Source: Botryllus schlosseri
Taxonomy: Eukaryota
Direction: 5' to 3'
Assembly (NCBI GenBank): GCA_051294905.1
Contig: CM119371.1
Location: forward strand, 7,442,001 to 7,506,000
Length of the DNA: 64,000 nt
Made by a program: the position numbers and the translations under genes. Below the pieces are notes generated by a model, which saw nothing but the letters and a program-made list of their open reading frames with translations, was not told the origin of the DNA and did not search any database. Of this stretch, positions 1-13,824 are shown piece after piece (within the stretch, counting starts at the first letter, position 1; each line of letters opens with the position of its first letter).

Positions 1-161
1 CGTCACCCACCTTTTTACATCGGAATCGACTGACTTTTCCTGTAGGCACCCGAACCAACAGTGGGTCTTGGGAAACTTTCTGGCGGTTCACTCCCAGCTA
101 GTGGGCGGACATTTTATCAATTGGGTGCCGTGCCGGAAATCCTTCCCGAGCAAGGGTGACA
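1..161 (-). pseudogene. Exon-like relic 'B' (copy 1, cut by the window edge)
   Basis: Homologous to 25972-26188 and 63394-63616. On the minus strand it is preceded by CTGAC + pyrimidine tract + CAG (acceptor at 162-163). Confidence 0.4.
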
Positions 162-417
162 CTGGAACAAAAGGGTGTCAGTTTTTTGGGCAACACGAAG
201 CAAATTGCGACACTGACACGATTACAATCATACACAGCGTCTTCTAAATTACATATAAGTAGAAGTTTGAAAAAAATCACATTACAATTACTGAATTTCT
301 GAAAACTTGAACATTGAATGAAGTTCAGTTCATATTAAATAAGAGTTCAACTCATAAGCATGAAAATGGCAAATTCCTGTTTCTTGGCTCGATTCAAGCG
401 ACACAGTTCGTCTAGAT

Positions 418-1191
418 CAGTGGTTCCCAGCCTTTTTCGACTCATCGCCCCCTTTTGAAGCTCCACACCAATCATCGCCCCAAACCAAAACCAAAAAACA
501 GCATTTCTTGACATAGGATGATAAACCAAACCCCAGTCCCCCTCAGCCAGTGGGCTTTTTGTCGGTACATATCAGCTATACCCTAATTCATGTACTGTTT
601 GGTGAGTCACCGCATTTCGCCTAAACGGGCAAAGCGCGACAAATTTATATAATTCATGTTTGAATCGGTCAATATGGTCGATGCGGTATGTTGGTAAAGA
701 TAGGAACCCTAAATATTAATCAAACATCTTCGGGCGGAATCGTTGTTATATTGACTTCTTTACATGGTGCTTCATATGTCTCGGTGCGTTCTGGGCGCAG
801 TAATGGCCGCTCCCATTTCCATAACTCATGTGTATTTTTGTTGGGTGACGGGGACCCCAACAACAAGATACATAAAAAAGATTAAATCGCGCAAGACGCA
901 AAAATTTTTTGAAAAAGTCACATGGATTTTTAATAAAATGACTCTATCATTCATGTTAATTCACGAAATAATTTTGGGCTTCCTTCGATTTCGGGCCCCC
1001 CCAACCCCAACTGGGGGGTTTGGGGTGCGGTAGTTACGGTCCCGACTCCAATATAGCCGTTTTAACGCGCCATCGCCCCCTTATTGCCCCTTCGTTGTTT
1101 TCGACCCCTTCGTCCGTTTTTGCCCCCCTATCGCCGCCTTCGTTATTTTCGCCCCCCTAGACCGCCACATCGCCCACGTTGGGAACCACTG
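418..1191. mobile_element. Non-autonomous hAT (Charlie-like) element
   Basis: Ends CAGTGGTTCCC...GGGAACCACTG. Perfect 8-bp TSD GTCTAGAT at 410-417 and 1192-1199. Confidence 0.85.
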
Positions 1192-2278
1192 GTCTAGATC
1201 CATTTCAGGAAAGCCAGAAAATAGATACGTTATAAAATTAGAGCATAGAAATATTTCATAAATGAGATAAGAATCACACAACTAAAAATATCTAGTTGTC
1301 CAAGTCTGCACATTGGTGGTCACCAACAAAGTACTTCTACTTTTCCCAAGTAATCGAGTATTTCCCCACTACTGGTAGCAACTACTAGAGTAACTATAAT
1401 TTCCGCTACTTTTACTTGTGATCTGTCATATTTCGTAACTTGACTACTTTTCACTATTTCCAGTTTGTCAAGCGGAAGTGTTATGTTCTTCTGATAAGAG
1501 AGATAGAGTGACTAAGGCGGAGAAATTCAAGTGCTGCTGTAGCGGAGAGCCCAGACTTGTCGCGCTTTGCGCGAATATATAAGGCGACCAATATCTTTCC
1601 ACTAAAGCAAGGGTGGCCAACAGTTTCGGCCAGAGGTCCACATGCGATCTAAGAGCCTTTGCGCGGGCCACTTGAATGTTGATGACCTTTTCAGTCGTCC
1701 GATAGGAGTGAACCAGACTAGGTAACGGTGAAAGACTTATCTGACTACTCATCAAAATTGGTACCTATTATTTCATGAAAACTCCTAGCTGCGCGAGAGG
1801 AGAAAAATTTCAAAGTTAATGAATCAATTCGGTCAATTATACTGTACCTTGCACATATTGCAGGCCGTCTCTGTTAACCGCTAGGCACATTTGGCAAGGG
1901 CAAGGAAGTCGCACGTTGGACGACACGTTCGCATAATCGCAAATATATAGTTATGTTCAATTCCGTATTCTGGGCGTATTTGGGGATACCCATACTAAAA
2001 GCAAGAAATCAAGTGAAAATAAATCGGGCGAAGTGCTGAGAGAAATTAATTAATTAATCTGCCTTGCTATATTCTACTTAATGGTCATATACGAAGATCT
2101 ACGGAAATTGTGACTGACCCGTGGCTTATAGCCTACGCCTACGCGTCGTAACTGATTTTGCGATCAGGCTAGTCAAATTTTTGGTTAGCCTTTGCAAGTT
2201 CATAACAAATTACCTGGGTAATTCATTTTTATATTATTTCCAATTTCGAGAATTATCGGGCCATGGGTTGGCTACCCC

Positions 2279-2670
2279 CAGGGTTGTAATGACTCGAGTC
2301 ACGATTTTCTGATGACTCGACTTGACTCGAGTCAATTGCGTATGACTCGAACCAAGTCATATGAATCGAGACTCAGACGGCCAAGACAGACATTCCATTG
2401 TAATTTCGAAGAATAGTGAAGTCACCACACTGTTGGGATAAAGTATATTAGTGCTAGTACTTGAAGTTGCGACCAGAAACTACTAAAAGTGAGGGAAATT
2501 AGTATATTATAAATGCTAACCATTCGATACCATCAAAGTTATGAAAAGTGTGTTTAGCAAGAATTTAACTGGAAACTGAGCAGTCAACACAATGACTTTG
2601 ACTTGGACTTGAGTCATAATGCTGTGACTCGGACTCGACCCTCTGCTCGATGACTTGGACTTGACTTGTG
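2279..2670. mobile_element. Truncated member of the GACTCGAGTC-rich hAT MITE family (CAGGGTTGTAA ends)
   Basis: Starts CAGGGTTGTAATGACTCGAGTC and is colinear with the complete copy at 59319-59895. Right TIR not seen. Confidence 0.7.
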
Positions 2671-3469
2671 GTTGTGGCTTCTGCATCTTTTAAGCCCAAA
2701 ACCAGCTTTCTAGTGCAAGCGGTTATCAATATGTAGGGAAATTATCCAATTTTGGCTCATTCGGTAAATTTGCACAACCACTAGACTAGAAGGTGCACGA
2801 GGTCAAAATTATTATAGAAATTATTTTTTTGATCTTTGGCACCACATAGCAAGTGTCCGATTAGAAATTCAAAATTTTCCATTTTCAATCCACCCTAATA
2901 TAGGAGTTTCATGACAGTGAACAGTCCTAAAATTCAGCAAAACGTTTGAAATCATACAACCTGCCGTACAGTATTTCAGTTTCCTTCCTAATAGCGCAAA
3001 ACATCAAGGTAGTGTCTGAGCAGAACTTATTCATATCGGTCATTGTCTTGTTAACTACAGGCATTGTAATACAACTTAGGGCATCATACCATCACATTTT
3101 CTGAAAGTAGGCACTGGGGTGAAAAAGAGGTCAAGAGCCACTGTTCTTATGCAATGGCGTCATTTGTAGGCTATCACATGATACATTTGAATCCTGACGC
3201 TGTCAAAATAGATATATCTCCCGGGATGTAACAACATAAACCCAGCTCTCTGCACCGTCCGCATATGTCAGTTTCCAGGTTCCGAGAGCGTATTTATGAC
3301 TGATTTTCAAATCCACGAACATAATTCTGTAGTTTTCAGACAGCAAAATCTACTTCTACCTTAAATTAGCTACTTTTGGAACAGCAACACTATTACTCAT
3401 ACTTGAATGAAATATGCATCGTACTTCTACTTGAGCAGCCTTCTTGACTACTTTGGCAGCTTCTGATCC

Positions 3470-3940
3470 TGCATGCGGAATAGGCTTGTTCAGAAATAAC
3501 TCTCAAATTCCGGGGATTCACTGGTTAAATTGTAAGGTTGCCTAAAAAAGAGGCTGCACAACAAATTCGGCTCAATTCCAACAAGCCAAAGCCGCTGTAG
3601 AGCGAATAGAAGTTTTTGAATTGATTTAAAAAAAATTCTACTGTCAACCCAAGGAAATTGATTTGCCTAAAAGAATGATGCATACCGTAACATTTTTGAT
3701 CACTTCCAACCCGTAGAAGCGAATTTATTGCAATTGAAAGTTTTGGATTTGCAAAATTAGCATTGACGGTGGGTAATCTCAGAATTATTGATAAAAAACT
3801 TAAATAACTTAGCTTCTACTGGTAGGAATTGCGCCAAATTTTGTGTGCAGCATTTTTTTACGCAGCCTAACATTTCAATCAGTGAATCTCCGTCCCCGGG
3901 ATACGGAAAAAGATTATTTTTGGATAACCCTAAAGCATGC
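3470..3940. repeat. Imperfect foldback/palindromic MITE-like element (related copy at ~26470-27075)
   Basis: Left ~130 bp (..GATTCACTGGTTAAATTGTAAGGTTGCCTAA..GCTGCACAACAAATT) is an imperfect reverse complement of the right end. It sits at the same position of the repeat unit in both copies. Confidence 0.55.
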
Positions 3941-3986
3941 AATCGCGTATAGGTATTTTTTGTGACTATTTCGCGACAACTTAACA

Positions 3987-6737
3987 GACTTTATCCCCTC
4001 CGAATTTACTGAAAATCAGAGAGCCATATTTAGTGCATGAATTCTTTGTCCGCTCAGAATGAGCTGGAAATAGGAGTCTGTAGGGTGTAAATATATGATG
4101 CGCTGATGTTAAGGAAGATAACATGTTGATAAGAAAATCTATGGGATTCCACTTGATTCATTAACAATGAAATTGTCTACATTGTGGTATATATTTTCAC
4201 ATTGTCACCAATTCTGGACATGTCACAAAATTACACAGAAACTCACCTGTCGCCATCATTCCTGGAAATCTTACTGTCGGAATCTTGTCTTTTAGCCGGT
4301 GACAAAGCCTGAAAGAAAATCTCATAATTACACAGCCGAAAAAATAGACTTGAACAGTAAAATTAAACAGTGGTTCCAGCAGCCACCTCGAGCTGTATAG
4401 AGCACAAAAATGCTTTCATTTGGTGTAGAAAATATGTTGGTGCCCACAGGGAAGCGGTTCACTTTGGTTTATCCATTCCATCTTTACGACATTACAGAAA
4501 CGTCACAGTGCATGTTTATACAGTTTAGGAAGATTTGGTTGTTGATTAAACTCTGGCCTGTGCCCAATGTCACATCAACGGTGTAATCAAGTACCGGTAT
4601 CTCATAAAAGAGTTCAACCACAATTGCCTCTAATAAACATAGAGGCATGCATGGTTGCTTGCTTCTCAACGGGATTTCAAGAACATGCAGCTCAGTTATT
4701 AGCCATACCTCAATTGTTCTGCTAGCAGTCACGCGTGGTTCAATCACTTCCTGTAAAACGGATTGGTAGCTTCAGCGTGGGAGCAAATGAAAAACTGATA
4801 ACCTCCGGATATGAGCTGGTAGCTGCGATGCGAATAGAATGACGATGTCCATCCTAAATGTGGCTTGAAAATATAGCCAGATAAAACTCACCTTGAATGA
4901 CAATTGGTAAATTGCTTGAAACACGCAACTTGCTTACTTCTGATCGAAAGAAAACCCTTGCCTGTGATGATAAAGACGGATACATCGTGTTGGAAACGAT
5001 TCAAATTCGACCTTTACAGTCACCCAATGTGTTGAGGCTTGTTGTCACAGATAGATATAAGATCGTTACTTGTGGTTGCGTTGAGTTTATTGGTAATAAT
5101 TTAATCATTTCAAAATTCTATAGCAGGGGTGGGCAATTATTTTCCTCCGCGGCCCAAATGAGAAGTAGAAAACACGTTGGAAGGCCGAGTGAAAAATTTT
5201 AGCTATATTCTCCAGCATATTTTAATTTTATTTCTAAATTGCGTTGTTAGTAAATGCTGCTCAGTGAATGTGTCGGTAATGAGAAATTGACGGTTAATTA
5301 AAAATATCCATTTGTCGTCATAATTGGCAACAATGTTAAACATGATACTTATTTACCTCTCATTAAACCCCTATCCACGTTCTGGTATTAAAACTCTAAA
5401 ACCGTGGTTCTCAAGCTTTTTTAGGCACGCCTTCCTTTATGATAGTGAAAAATTTCGCGGCCGCCTTATCATGATATTACAAAATAATAAAAAGTGTAAC
5501 CAGAATGCTAGCAATCCCAATGGATAGGTTGATGGCATGGAAGGTTCTGGCTGTTGATGAGAGAATTCTGAAATATAAAAGTCAGAGAATACACAGAGCA
5601 TAAACGATATGCTGGGGTGCTGGGGGTGAATCACGCCAAGCGCGAAATTTTTTTTCGGTGAACTTTGGCGTCGAGACATCCTTCGGATGCTTCAACGCCC
5701 TCAGTTCGAGAACCACCGTACTGAAATGTATATAACAAAGCTTGTTTTCTTGTTTGCTACCTTCCGAGGTGTGTGCAGCTTGAAAGCCTGTATGTTGCGC
5801 GAAGCTAGCAGATTTTCTGAACTGCGCCCTCCCTTGACCACACGTTTCGTGTTTTTGTCATAAGACCAACTCTAACTAATATCCTTAATCTCGGCAACAT
5901 GCTCGTCAAAAACTAAAAGGACGGATTAACCCCTGAATCCAGTATACAAATAATTAGTGCTCTAGTCTATACCTAAACCTTTTTTGGCTTTTTTTGGCAC
6001 GTCCGTTAATAATTTATGGATGATAGATATGATGAGTCATATAGCAATCACAAGCACTGATTGACTTGTTTTTAATTGGGGATTTGGAAACGTATCAATT
6101 TGAAACACATGCCGTATAATGCGTAATGTGACATTGTCACAGTGACAATGGCAATGAAGAAGGTTTGAACTAAACTATATGGCAAGAGTAACTTCTTGCG
6201 ACTTCAACTGCTACTCATACTTTGCCATATTGCCTTTATTTTGAATCTGGATTACGCATGCGAGGTGCGTAGGCAATGTAATTGTGGCATATTAATGAAC
6301 AGGCTCCAAAGTAAACCAATTTCCTGTTCATTTGATACATCCTACGATTTTAGTCCTGCAAAAAGTTTTATATTTTGAATTCCAAGCAACCTGTCGCGGA
6401 CCGCATTTGGCCCGCACTTTGCCCAGCTCTGTTCTATAGCATTGATGGCAAATAATCGAATCCGAAATTATTGATTTTGTAAATGAATAAATTCAGAATT
6501 ACCCACTTTTATCTCCTGGATGGACTTGTCATACATTGATGCATGTCAGATTCCAACTGATCGAGGCTGAGATTGCAATGCAAACTTTTTTTATGACCAA
6601 AGCCATTTCCCATCCGACAACCAGACTATTAAACGATATGTTATCCGATATGATGATATTCTGATTGCAATCCACTATAACAAAATGAAGAGTGGTTATG
6701 AAAAGTAAAATCAATGAATCTATATACACCACTACAC
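3987..6737 (-). pseudogene. Decayed putative secreted/surface FN3-like glycoprotein gene, copy C1 (interrupted by MITE 5124-6431)
   Basis: Homologous to the four other copies. Minus-strand ORF pieces include LILLFITTLHFVIVDCNQNIIISDNISFNSLVVGWE (6529-6750) and RTIEVWLI..ELFYE..TLGTGQSL (4484-4747). Many stops and frameshifts. Confidence 0.45.
5124..6431. mobile_element. hAT (Charlie-like) non-autonomous element
   Basis: Ends CAGGGGTGGGCAA...TTGCCCAGCTCTG. TSD TTCTATAG at 5116-5123 and 6432-6439. Absent from the paralogous units. Confidence 0.8.
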
Positions 6738-7876
6738 CAGTGGTTCTCAACCGCCGGTCCGCCAGGTATATAATAACTTTATAAAGTATTTTTTAAATTT
6801 CGTTCAATGCGATTTGGCGTCACTAATTGTCTTGATTATTGGGTGCCCTTCCTCCAAGAAATACCCATGACAATGACATATTGCAATAGGCATTCTGGCT
6901 TCAATCATTACCGCACCACGACGCACCATCCCATAATGAAGTTTAGGCTAACATAGGACTCTGAAAAGAGTACCGAAAATTCGGCAGCGAGAAAACCTTG
7001 GCTGAAAAGGATTAGCCTTTGTTGACAGAAAACATTGATATATATATATATATTGTCCATATGTGCTTAAACGGCTGTCACCGAATCTCACTGTCCTGGC
7101 CATCTGTACCTCACAGGACAAATGCCATCCCACAGAGAATAAAATTGTTTGCCAGCGAGCAAATACCACTTTGGAATCGTGTGCGTCTTCTCACCCTGCT
7201 CCACTGGAAAATCGGATAATTCTGAGATAATAAAAAATTGATATCAATATGTATGCAATTACCAATAGTATTGACCAACTCAGTAATGAATTATAAAATA
7301 TTTTCACGCTTCGCGCGATTACGCTACATAAACACTCTGCCTACACTGAGTAGAATGAATGCGCTCACAAGTACTGGGAAAAACATCCATCCAACTGTGG
7401 GGAGGTCGTTTTTGGGGTGTGGGCTGACAAAGTGCTTTTTATGCGCTGATTTTATGGATGATCAGGTACGGTATAGGTGTTATCATGCAGGTGTTTTCGT
7501 GCCGCATTTTTCATTCGTAGTAGCCAGAGTATCCTACGTTTTGTCGCAGAGAGCAATCGCCAAGGTGGCACGACAAGGTACTTAGTTCTATTGCAAAACG
7601 CTTCATCTCTTAATATTGTCGAAGAGAAGAATAATGAGCCGAGAGATTGTAATCGGGTGTAAGCTACTTCAAAAACTGATCACATACTCCAAAAGACGCC
7701 CACGCTGAATATGGGATATCGTAAATTACGACAAATATATCCATCAGAGGACATAGGAAAGGGAAAGTGTATCTTTTTAAGAACAGTAATATGTTTGAAA
7801 TCGGCAATGAATCACAGTAACATGCTAAATACTTGCTGTCGATTGCTGACACAGCCAGTGGGATACCCCTTACCAC

Positions 7877-8072
7877 CAATGTTCCCTCTAATTTTTGACG
7901 AGTCTGCGCACGATCTCCAACTTGCTGCGCAGACCCTTGGACAACAGTGCGTGACGACTAAAAAAAAAAGGTCATCACTTCGGATTTTTTGTGCGCAACG
8001 GATATTTTCTGTGCGCAGAGACCGTTTCAGCACTGCGCATTTGCGCACGTGTGCAGCTTAGAGGGAACATTG
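7877..8072. mobile_element. ~200-bp hAT MITE (decayed relatives at ~37883-38037 and ~48790-48963)
   Basis: TIR CAATGTTCCCTCTAA...TTAGAGGGAACATTG. TSD CTTACCAC at 7869-7876 and 8073-8080. Confidence 0.85.
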
Positions 8073-8571
8073 CTTACCACAATATGTTATTTATAAGTCC
8101 CAATTGCTGAAGGCATGAGGGGAAATTGAGATAAGGGATGAATAAGGGGGCATTAGCCTTCATAAACCACCCATTTTTTGGGGGGGGGGGGGGATTAGGT
8201 AAAAATCATGCAATAGGCCAGACATATACTATTTCGATTCAGTTTTACCCACTGCTCTCATCAACGCTTACCAAATAACCTCATTTACGAGGTAAAGGCA
8301 TACAAAAAACTACATCGTCCAAAGTTACTCCACATGCCGGGATAACTTTGGATACGGATAATTCACAAAAATTAGGTACTTATTTATGACCATGAAGATT
8401 CTGGATTAGTTAATTCTAATCTTTGCTCCATGACTCCTGAAAAACACAAAACTTGCCTCCCCTACACCCTAGCATTTCCAAGATGCAAAGTGGAGTTGTT
8501 GAAAATTGTCCATAGTTACCCCAGTTTACGGTACTTATTCTTATACTCAGTAACTTTTTCAAGACAGCTAA

Positions 8572-10045
8572 GAGACTTTACCTCCGTCCCAATTTACCGC
8601 GGTCTCAGTGTGCAATTTTTATTGCATGATTTCTTAGTCAGCTCGGAATGAGTAAATGCAGGAAGTAAACGTAGGTAGAGTGTAAATATTGGTGTGCTCA
8701 TGTCACGGGAGATAGCATAGTGCTATGAATATCCATATTTGGATATGTCACGACTCACCTGAAGTCATCACGATTACTGAAAATCTTGATATAGAGGTCT
8801 TGTGTTTTGGCAGGTGACCAAGCCTGCAAGAAAATTTTATAATTACACAGCTATTAAAACATACGTCTTAAATGCAACTTGGATATAAGAACAGTAAAAG
8901 TGAACATTTGTTTCACCAATCATCTTGAACTGTATAGAGCAGAGGTCCTTGAACACCGGTCCGCCAAGGACATTAGAACTTTATGTATCAATTCCAAAAC
9001 GCAAGAAGGTAAACCCTTGTTCATTTTTGTAGGAATGCACAACAACTGTGAAGTTGCTTTGGAAGTATGATGTAATAATTGGGAGTTCATGGTCTACTTT
9101 GGGCATACATAACAATGGTGCAACTGCTGTACAAAACTGCTTGAAAGTAGCCTACAACTTGTGACAAGTTACACATGAAAGCTACTGAGACTTCCAAACA
9201 AACTTCCTTGACTTCCGACAGTGGAATTAATCACTTGTCAGTATAATAAAGACGATAGCAAACATCAAAGTCGCATTAGCCATACCTCAATTGTTCTATT
9301 AGCAGGCACATAAGGTTCATTCAGTTCCTACAAACCGGGGTAATAACTTCAACGTAGCCTCAAATTGAAAACTTATATCATGACGGCAGTAATCAATTGC
9401 TAAATACATAGGTAGGTTCGAATATAATGTCGATGTTCAGTCCATCCTAATTGTGGCTTGAAAATACGTAGTAGGATAAAACTCACCTGGAATGAGAATT
9501 GGTGAACTTGCTTGAAAGTTCCAACCTGTTTGACTCTGATCGAAAGAAAATGCTTGCCTGTGAGGATAAAGAAACGATAGATCGCGTTAGAAACGATTCA
9601 ATTTCGTACTTTTCAGTCACCCAACGTGTCCCTACTTGTTGTTACAGATAGATATAAGATCTTTACTAAGTTGAGCTGAGTTTATGGTTAATAATTTTAT
9701 CATTTCAAAACACCCTACCACAGCATTGATGGCGAATAACCGAATCCGAAATCATTGATTTTACTAAAAGATAACTTCAGAATAACTCGCTTACATCTCC
9801 CGGGTAGAATCGTCACACATTGATGCATGTCAGATTACAACTGATTGATATCGTTTGAGACTGTCATGCGAACTTCTTTTATCACTGAAGCCATTTCCCA
9901 TCTGACGACAAGACTATGGAATGATAAGTTTTAGAGTATAAACTTCTGATCTTAACAGACTGTAACAAAATGAAGAGTGGTTATGAAAAGTAACATCAAT
10001 GAATGTATTGTATATCCACCATAGGTTGTTCAAGCCTGGCTATAT
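8572..10045 (-). pseudogene. Decayed FN3-like glycoprotein gene, internally deleted copy C1'
   Basis: Colinear homology with 27130-28635, 35738-37568 and 45948-48486, except for a replaced or deleted middle (~8900-9270). Confidence 0.4.
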
Positions 10046-10736
10046 GCCAATAGAAGTGGTAGCTAACAAGTTGCCGATAGTCACCTCATATAAACAGAAT
10101 CGAAATGCTTTATTTTTAGAATGCATATAAATTTGGTATCTTGATCATGAATAACGAAAAACGAATGACTTTTTTAAATCAGCATCCCCAAAAGCAGTTT
10201 ACACCTGACAATATTTGTAAAACCGAACGCACGAATTTCTGCGGCATTGAAACAAAAAGATACACAATTTTAAATGCAATAATAATGAATATAGCTTGAT
10301 GAATTGAAAATATCAAGTGTGAGCACTTTTATTATATATCCCGACTCAGCAGAAGACTTGCACAAACTACTAATCGAGTTAGTTTGACGGTCAAGACTAG
10401 TTCTAATTAGAGATTTTGAAAGCGAATAGTTCTAGTGTTGATTTTGGTGTGAATACCAATAGTGGCATAGCCTAGTCATGGGTGGGTGGAAAACTGTTAC
10501 ATTTCAAACTATTAACAAAATTCTTTTTAAACGCCGATTCTATCTCCGATGTTTTCAACCCCATCTCAAATTCAATGATTCGCATTATCAGTATTGCAGT
10601 TGCCAGTTACGAATTTTCAATGCATGTTAGTCGTATTTCTAGTAGCCAGTTTCGAACAGTGAGTGGTTCTAGTTCTACATCAAGTTGTATTTTGAAGATC
10701 CAGTAATTTGTACAAGTCTGCTCAGGTGAGTGCAAT

Positions 10737-12157
10737 CTATCTCTTTACAAATACAGATTTGTAAATTTTAAAACCTTGATCTACTTTTGGCGTAACTATA
10801 GTCCATTTGTCTCGCGATATATCATACTTTTCAAATTCATCAGAGGTTTCGCAATCTGTTACTGCAAAAATGCACTTGTCAATGTGATACGCAGAAACTC
10901 GACCGTGACGAGCATTCATAGAAGATAATGAACTCCATTGAGCTGAAGTAACATCGTAACATTCTACGCTGTCGACTTCTATTCCTTTTGTCCACCCGCC
11001 GATCACAAATATCTTTTGATCAACTGCAACAACACCACTCGCACAAACAAGATATCTCATTGGGTCGAGATCAACCCACTCTGATGAGGATGGAGTGAAT
11101 CTGCAGAATGAAGAAACTCTGACATCATCTTGTCCTCTACCTCCGATACAATAGATTGAATCATTCAATGATACGAGACTTGTATTTCGAATCGCGGTAG
11201 GTTTGTCTTTTAGTTGAAACCATTGATTCGTGAGGGAAGTAAATATTTCCACGTCACTTGTTGCTTTAGTATAACCACCAACAACGAATATTGATCCCGG
11301 CAAAGAAACTGAGTAAGGAAACTATCCATGATCACAAATCATATCTTTGATCCTTTCCCATTTTGAATTTTTGCTCTGAAAATCGAGTCGACGAACTGAT
11401 TTATCACAACATAAAACGTAGATATACGAGTCTAAAGAAATCGCCGAGAAATGTTTTAAATTCTTAAACTTAACATCATGAAAATTCTCTACTTTCTCAG
11501 TTACCGGATGGAAGGATCGGATACAATCTGCCTGATCATCAAAAAGAATTATCAATTCATCTTTGCTGATTACTTTGCTTGTTTTCTGTGATGCTTTCAA
11601 CAGATGACCATTGATCAACTTGTACAGTCCTAAGTCGTTACTGATAATTTGATTTGATTCCAAAAGACGTTGTAAATATGCCGGAGAGACTTCATCAAAC
11701 TTGATCGCTTCAAGACATTCGCGCAAATATTCCTGATTTTTGCGATTTTTCTCGACCCAATTGAACAGCAACGTTAGTTTTTCTTCTTCGCATAATTTTG
11801 ATTGTTCCAACTTCACAAAATTCCGGATGAAAGTTTTTTCAATATTTCCAAATTCAGGTTGGTTTGAAATTTCCATAATATTTTCATGAAAACATTCTCT
11901 ACATCGCGTAGACACGGCATCCAGTCCATACATATCGGCGACATTTCTTGTGGAAAAGTAATTCTCTACATTAACTGATTCCTCCAAAAAGTCGGATACT
12001 GCCTGTTTTATGTCATCCAACTGCATCATGATTGCGACATGAAGAAGATCGTTCATCTTTTCATCAGGAATCTCAAATTTGCCCGAATATATGAAATCGA
12101 TGCAGTTTTTCACACACTGAGAATCGACCTCTTTCAAAACGACTTTTCCTTCCCGAC
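10737..12157 (-). pseudogene. Kelch-like (BTB-BACK-Kelch) pseudogene K0, 5'-truncated with an in-frame TAG
   Basis: ORFs 11322-12191 and 10737-11303 are in the same frame, separated by one TAG (11322-11324; DHG*FPYSVSL vs DHGYHPRSVSL in K4). Homology begins abruptly at REGKVVL, so the first ~66 codons and the promoter are missing. Confidence 0.9.
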
Positions 12158-12192
12158 GGATAATTTGTACAGCCTGCTCAGGTGAGTGCAAT

Positions 12193-13824
12193 CTATCTCT
12201 TCACAAATACGGATTTGTAAATTTCAAAACATTGATCTACTTTTGGTTTCACTATAGTCCATTTGTCTTGCGATATATCATACTTTTCAATTGCATCAGA
12301 GGTTTCTCTATCTGTTACTGCAAAAATCCACTTGTCAATGTGATAAGCAGAAACTTGACCGTGACAAACATTCATAGAAGATAACGAAGTCCACTGAGCT
12401 GAAGTAACATCGTAACATTCTACGTTGTCGATATTATTGAGTTCATTTATTCTTCCGCTTTTCCCGCCGATCAAAAATATCTTTTGATCAACTATCACAA
12501 CACCACTCATACAAACAGGATATCTCATTGATTGGAGATCAACCCACTCTGATGAGGATGGAGTGAATCTGCAGAATGATGAAACCGTGGCACCATCTGG
12601 TGCTATACCTCCGATACAATAGATGGAATCATTCAATGATACGAGACTTGGTGAACGAATTGATGTAGGTTTGTCTTCCAGTTGAATCCATTGATTCACA
12701 GGTGAAGTAAATATTTCCACGTCACTTGTTGCTTTATTATAACTTCCACCAACAACGAATATTAATCCCGACAATGAAACTGAGGGAGGACTCCTTCCAT
12801 GGTCACGATTCATATCTTTCATCCTTTCCCATTTTGAATTTTTGCTCTGAAAATTGAGTCGATGAACTGATTGATTCCTGCATAAGACGTAGATATATGA
12901 GTCTAGAGAAATCGCCGAGAAATGTTTCAAATTCTTAAACTTCTCATCATGAAACTTGTCTACATTCTCTGTTACTGGATTGAAGGATCTGATAATATCT
13001 GCCCCACGATCGAAAAGAATTATCAATTCATCATTGCCCATTTCTTCGTTGGTTTTCTGTGATGCTTCCAAAGCTTTTAAAAGATGCCCAGTGATCAACT
13101 TGTACAGTCCCAAGTCGTTTGGGTTTGATTCCAAAAGACATTCTAAAAATCCCGGAGAGACTTCATCAAACTTAATAGTTTCAAGACATTCTTGCAAATG
13201 TTCCTGATTTTTCCGATCTTTTTTGGCCCAATTTAACAATAACGTTAGTTTATCTTCTTCACATAACTTCGATTTTTCTGAGATCATAAATTTCAGGATG
13301 TTCGATTTTTCAATACCTCCAAATTCAGGTTGGTTTGATATCTTCATGATATTTTCAATAAAAAATGCACTACATTGAGTAGAGAGCGCATCCAGTCCAT
13401 ACATATCGGCCACGTTTCTTGTGGAAAAGTAATTCTCTACATTAATTGATTCATCCAAAACGTCAGATACTGCCTGTTTCACATCTTCCAACTGCATCAT
13501 GATTGCGACATGGAGAAGATCGTTCATCTTTTCTTCAGGAATCTCAAATTTGCCAGAATATATGAAATCAATGCAGTTTTTGACACACTGAGAATCGACC
13601 TCTTTCAAAACGACTTTCCCTTCGCGACTCTCTTTAGTGTCGTGTTTCAACATAGCTTTGAAATAAGCGCAGCCAGCCGACAATACATTCTTGTGAGTGT
13701 AATAGACATCATCTTCTACTTGAATTATGAAATCACAATGATCGTTTTCTTGCTTCATTCGATGTAATTCTTCCATCATCTTCACTGAATGTTGCTCTAC
13801 ATTTCGAGACACAATCTGCACCAT
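12193..13824 (-). CDS. Kelch-like protein K1 (BTB/POZ + BACK + Kelch repeats; putative CUL3 substrate adaptor), single ORF
   Basis: BTB motif CDFIIQV..YYTHKNVLSAGCAYFKAML, BACK region NVENYFSTRNVADMYGL, kelch motifs IFVVGG/IYCIGG/IFLIGG..VECYD...W. The ATG is codon 4 of the listed TTG-start ORF. Confidence 0.92.
   Translation of the reverse strand: MVQIVSRNVEQHSVKMMEELHRMKQENDHCDFIIQVEDDVYYTHKNVLSAGCAYFKAMLKHDTKESREGKVVLKEVDSQCVKNCIDFIYSGKFEIPEEKMNDLLHVAIMMQLEDVKQAVSDVLDESINVENYFSTRNVADMYGLDALSTQCSAFFIENIMKISNQPEFGGIEKSNILKFMISEKSKLCEEDKLTLLLNWAKKDRKNQEHLQECLETIKFDEVSPGFLECLLESNPNDLGLYKLITGHLLKALEASQKTNEEMGNDELIILFDRGADIIRSFNPVTENVDKFHDEKFKNLKHFSAISLDSYIYVLCRNQSVHRLNFQSKNSKWERMKDMNRDHGRSPPSVSLSGLIFVVGGSYNKATSDVEIFTSPVNQWIQLEDKPTSIRSPSLVSLNDSIYCIGGIAPDGATVSSFCRFTPSSSEWVDLQSMRYPVCMSGVVIVDQKIFLIGGKSGRINELNNIDNVECYDVTSAQWTSLSSMNVCHGQVSAYHIDKWIFAVTDRETSDAIEKYDISQDKWTIVKPKVDQCFEIYKSVFVKR

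Noticed and set aside
12956..13767. Plus-strand ORFs overlapping the KLHL genes (also 30663-30899, 39634-39870, 50558-50767)
   Set aside because: Antisense shadows of the real coding frame; their recurrence just reflects paralogy.
10737..13824. Read-through fusion of K1 and K0 into a double BTB-kelch protein
   Set aside because: K0 is out of frame with K1 by one base and has its own internal TAG.
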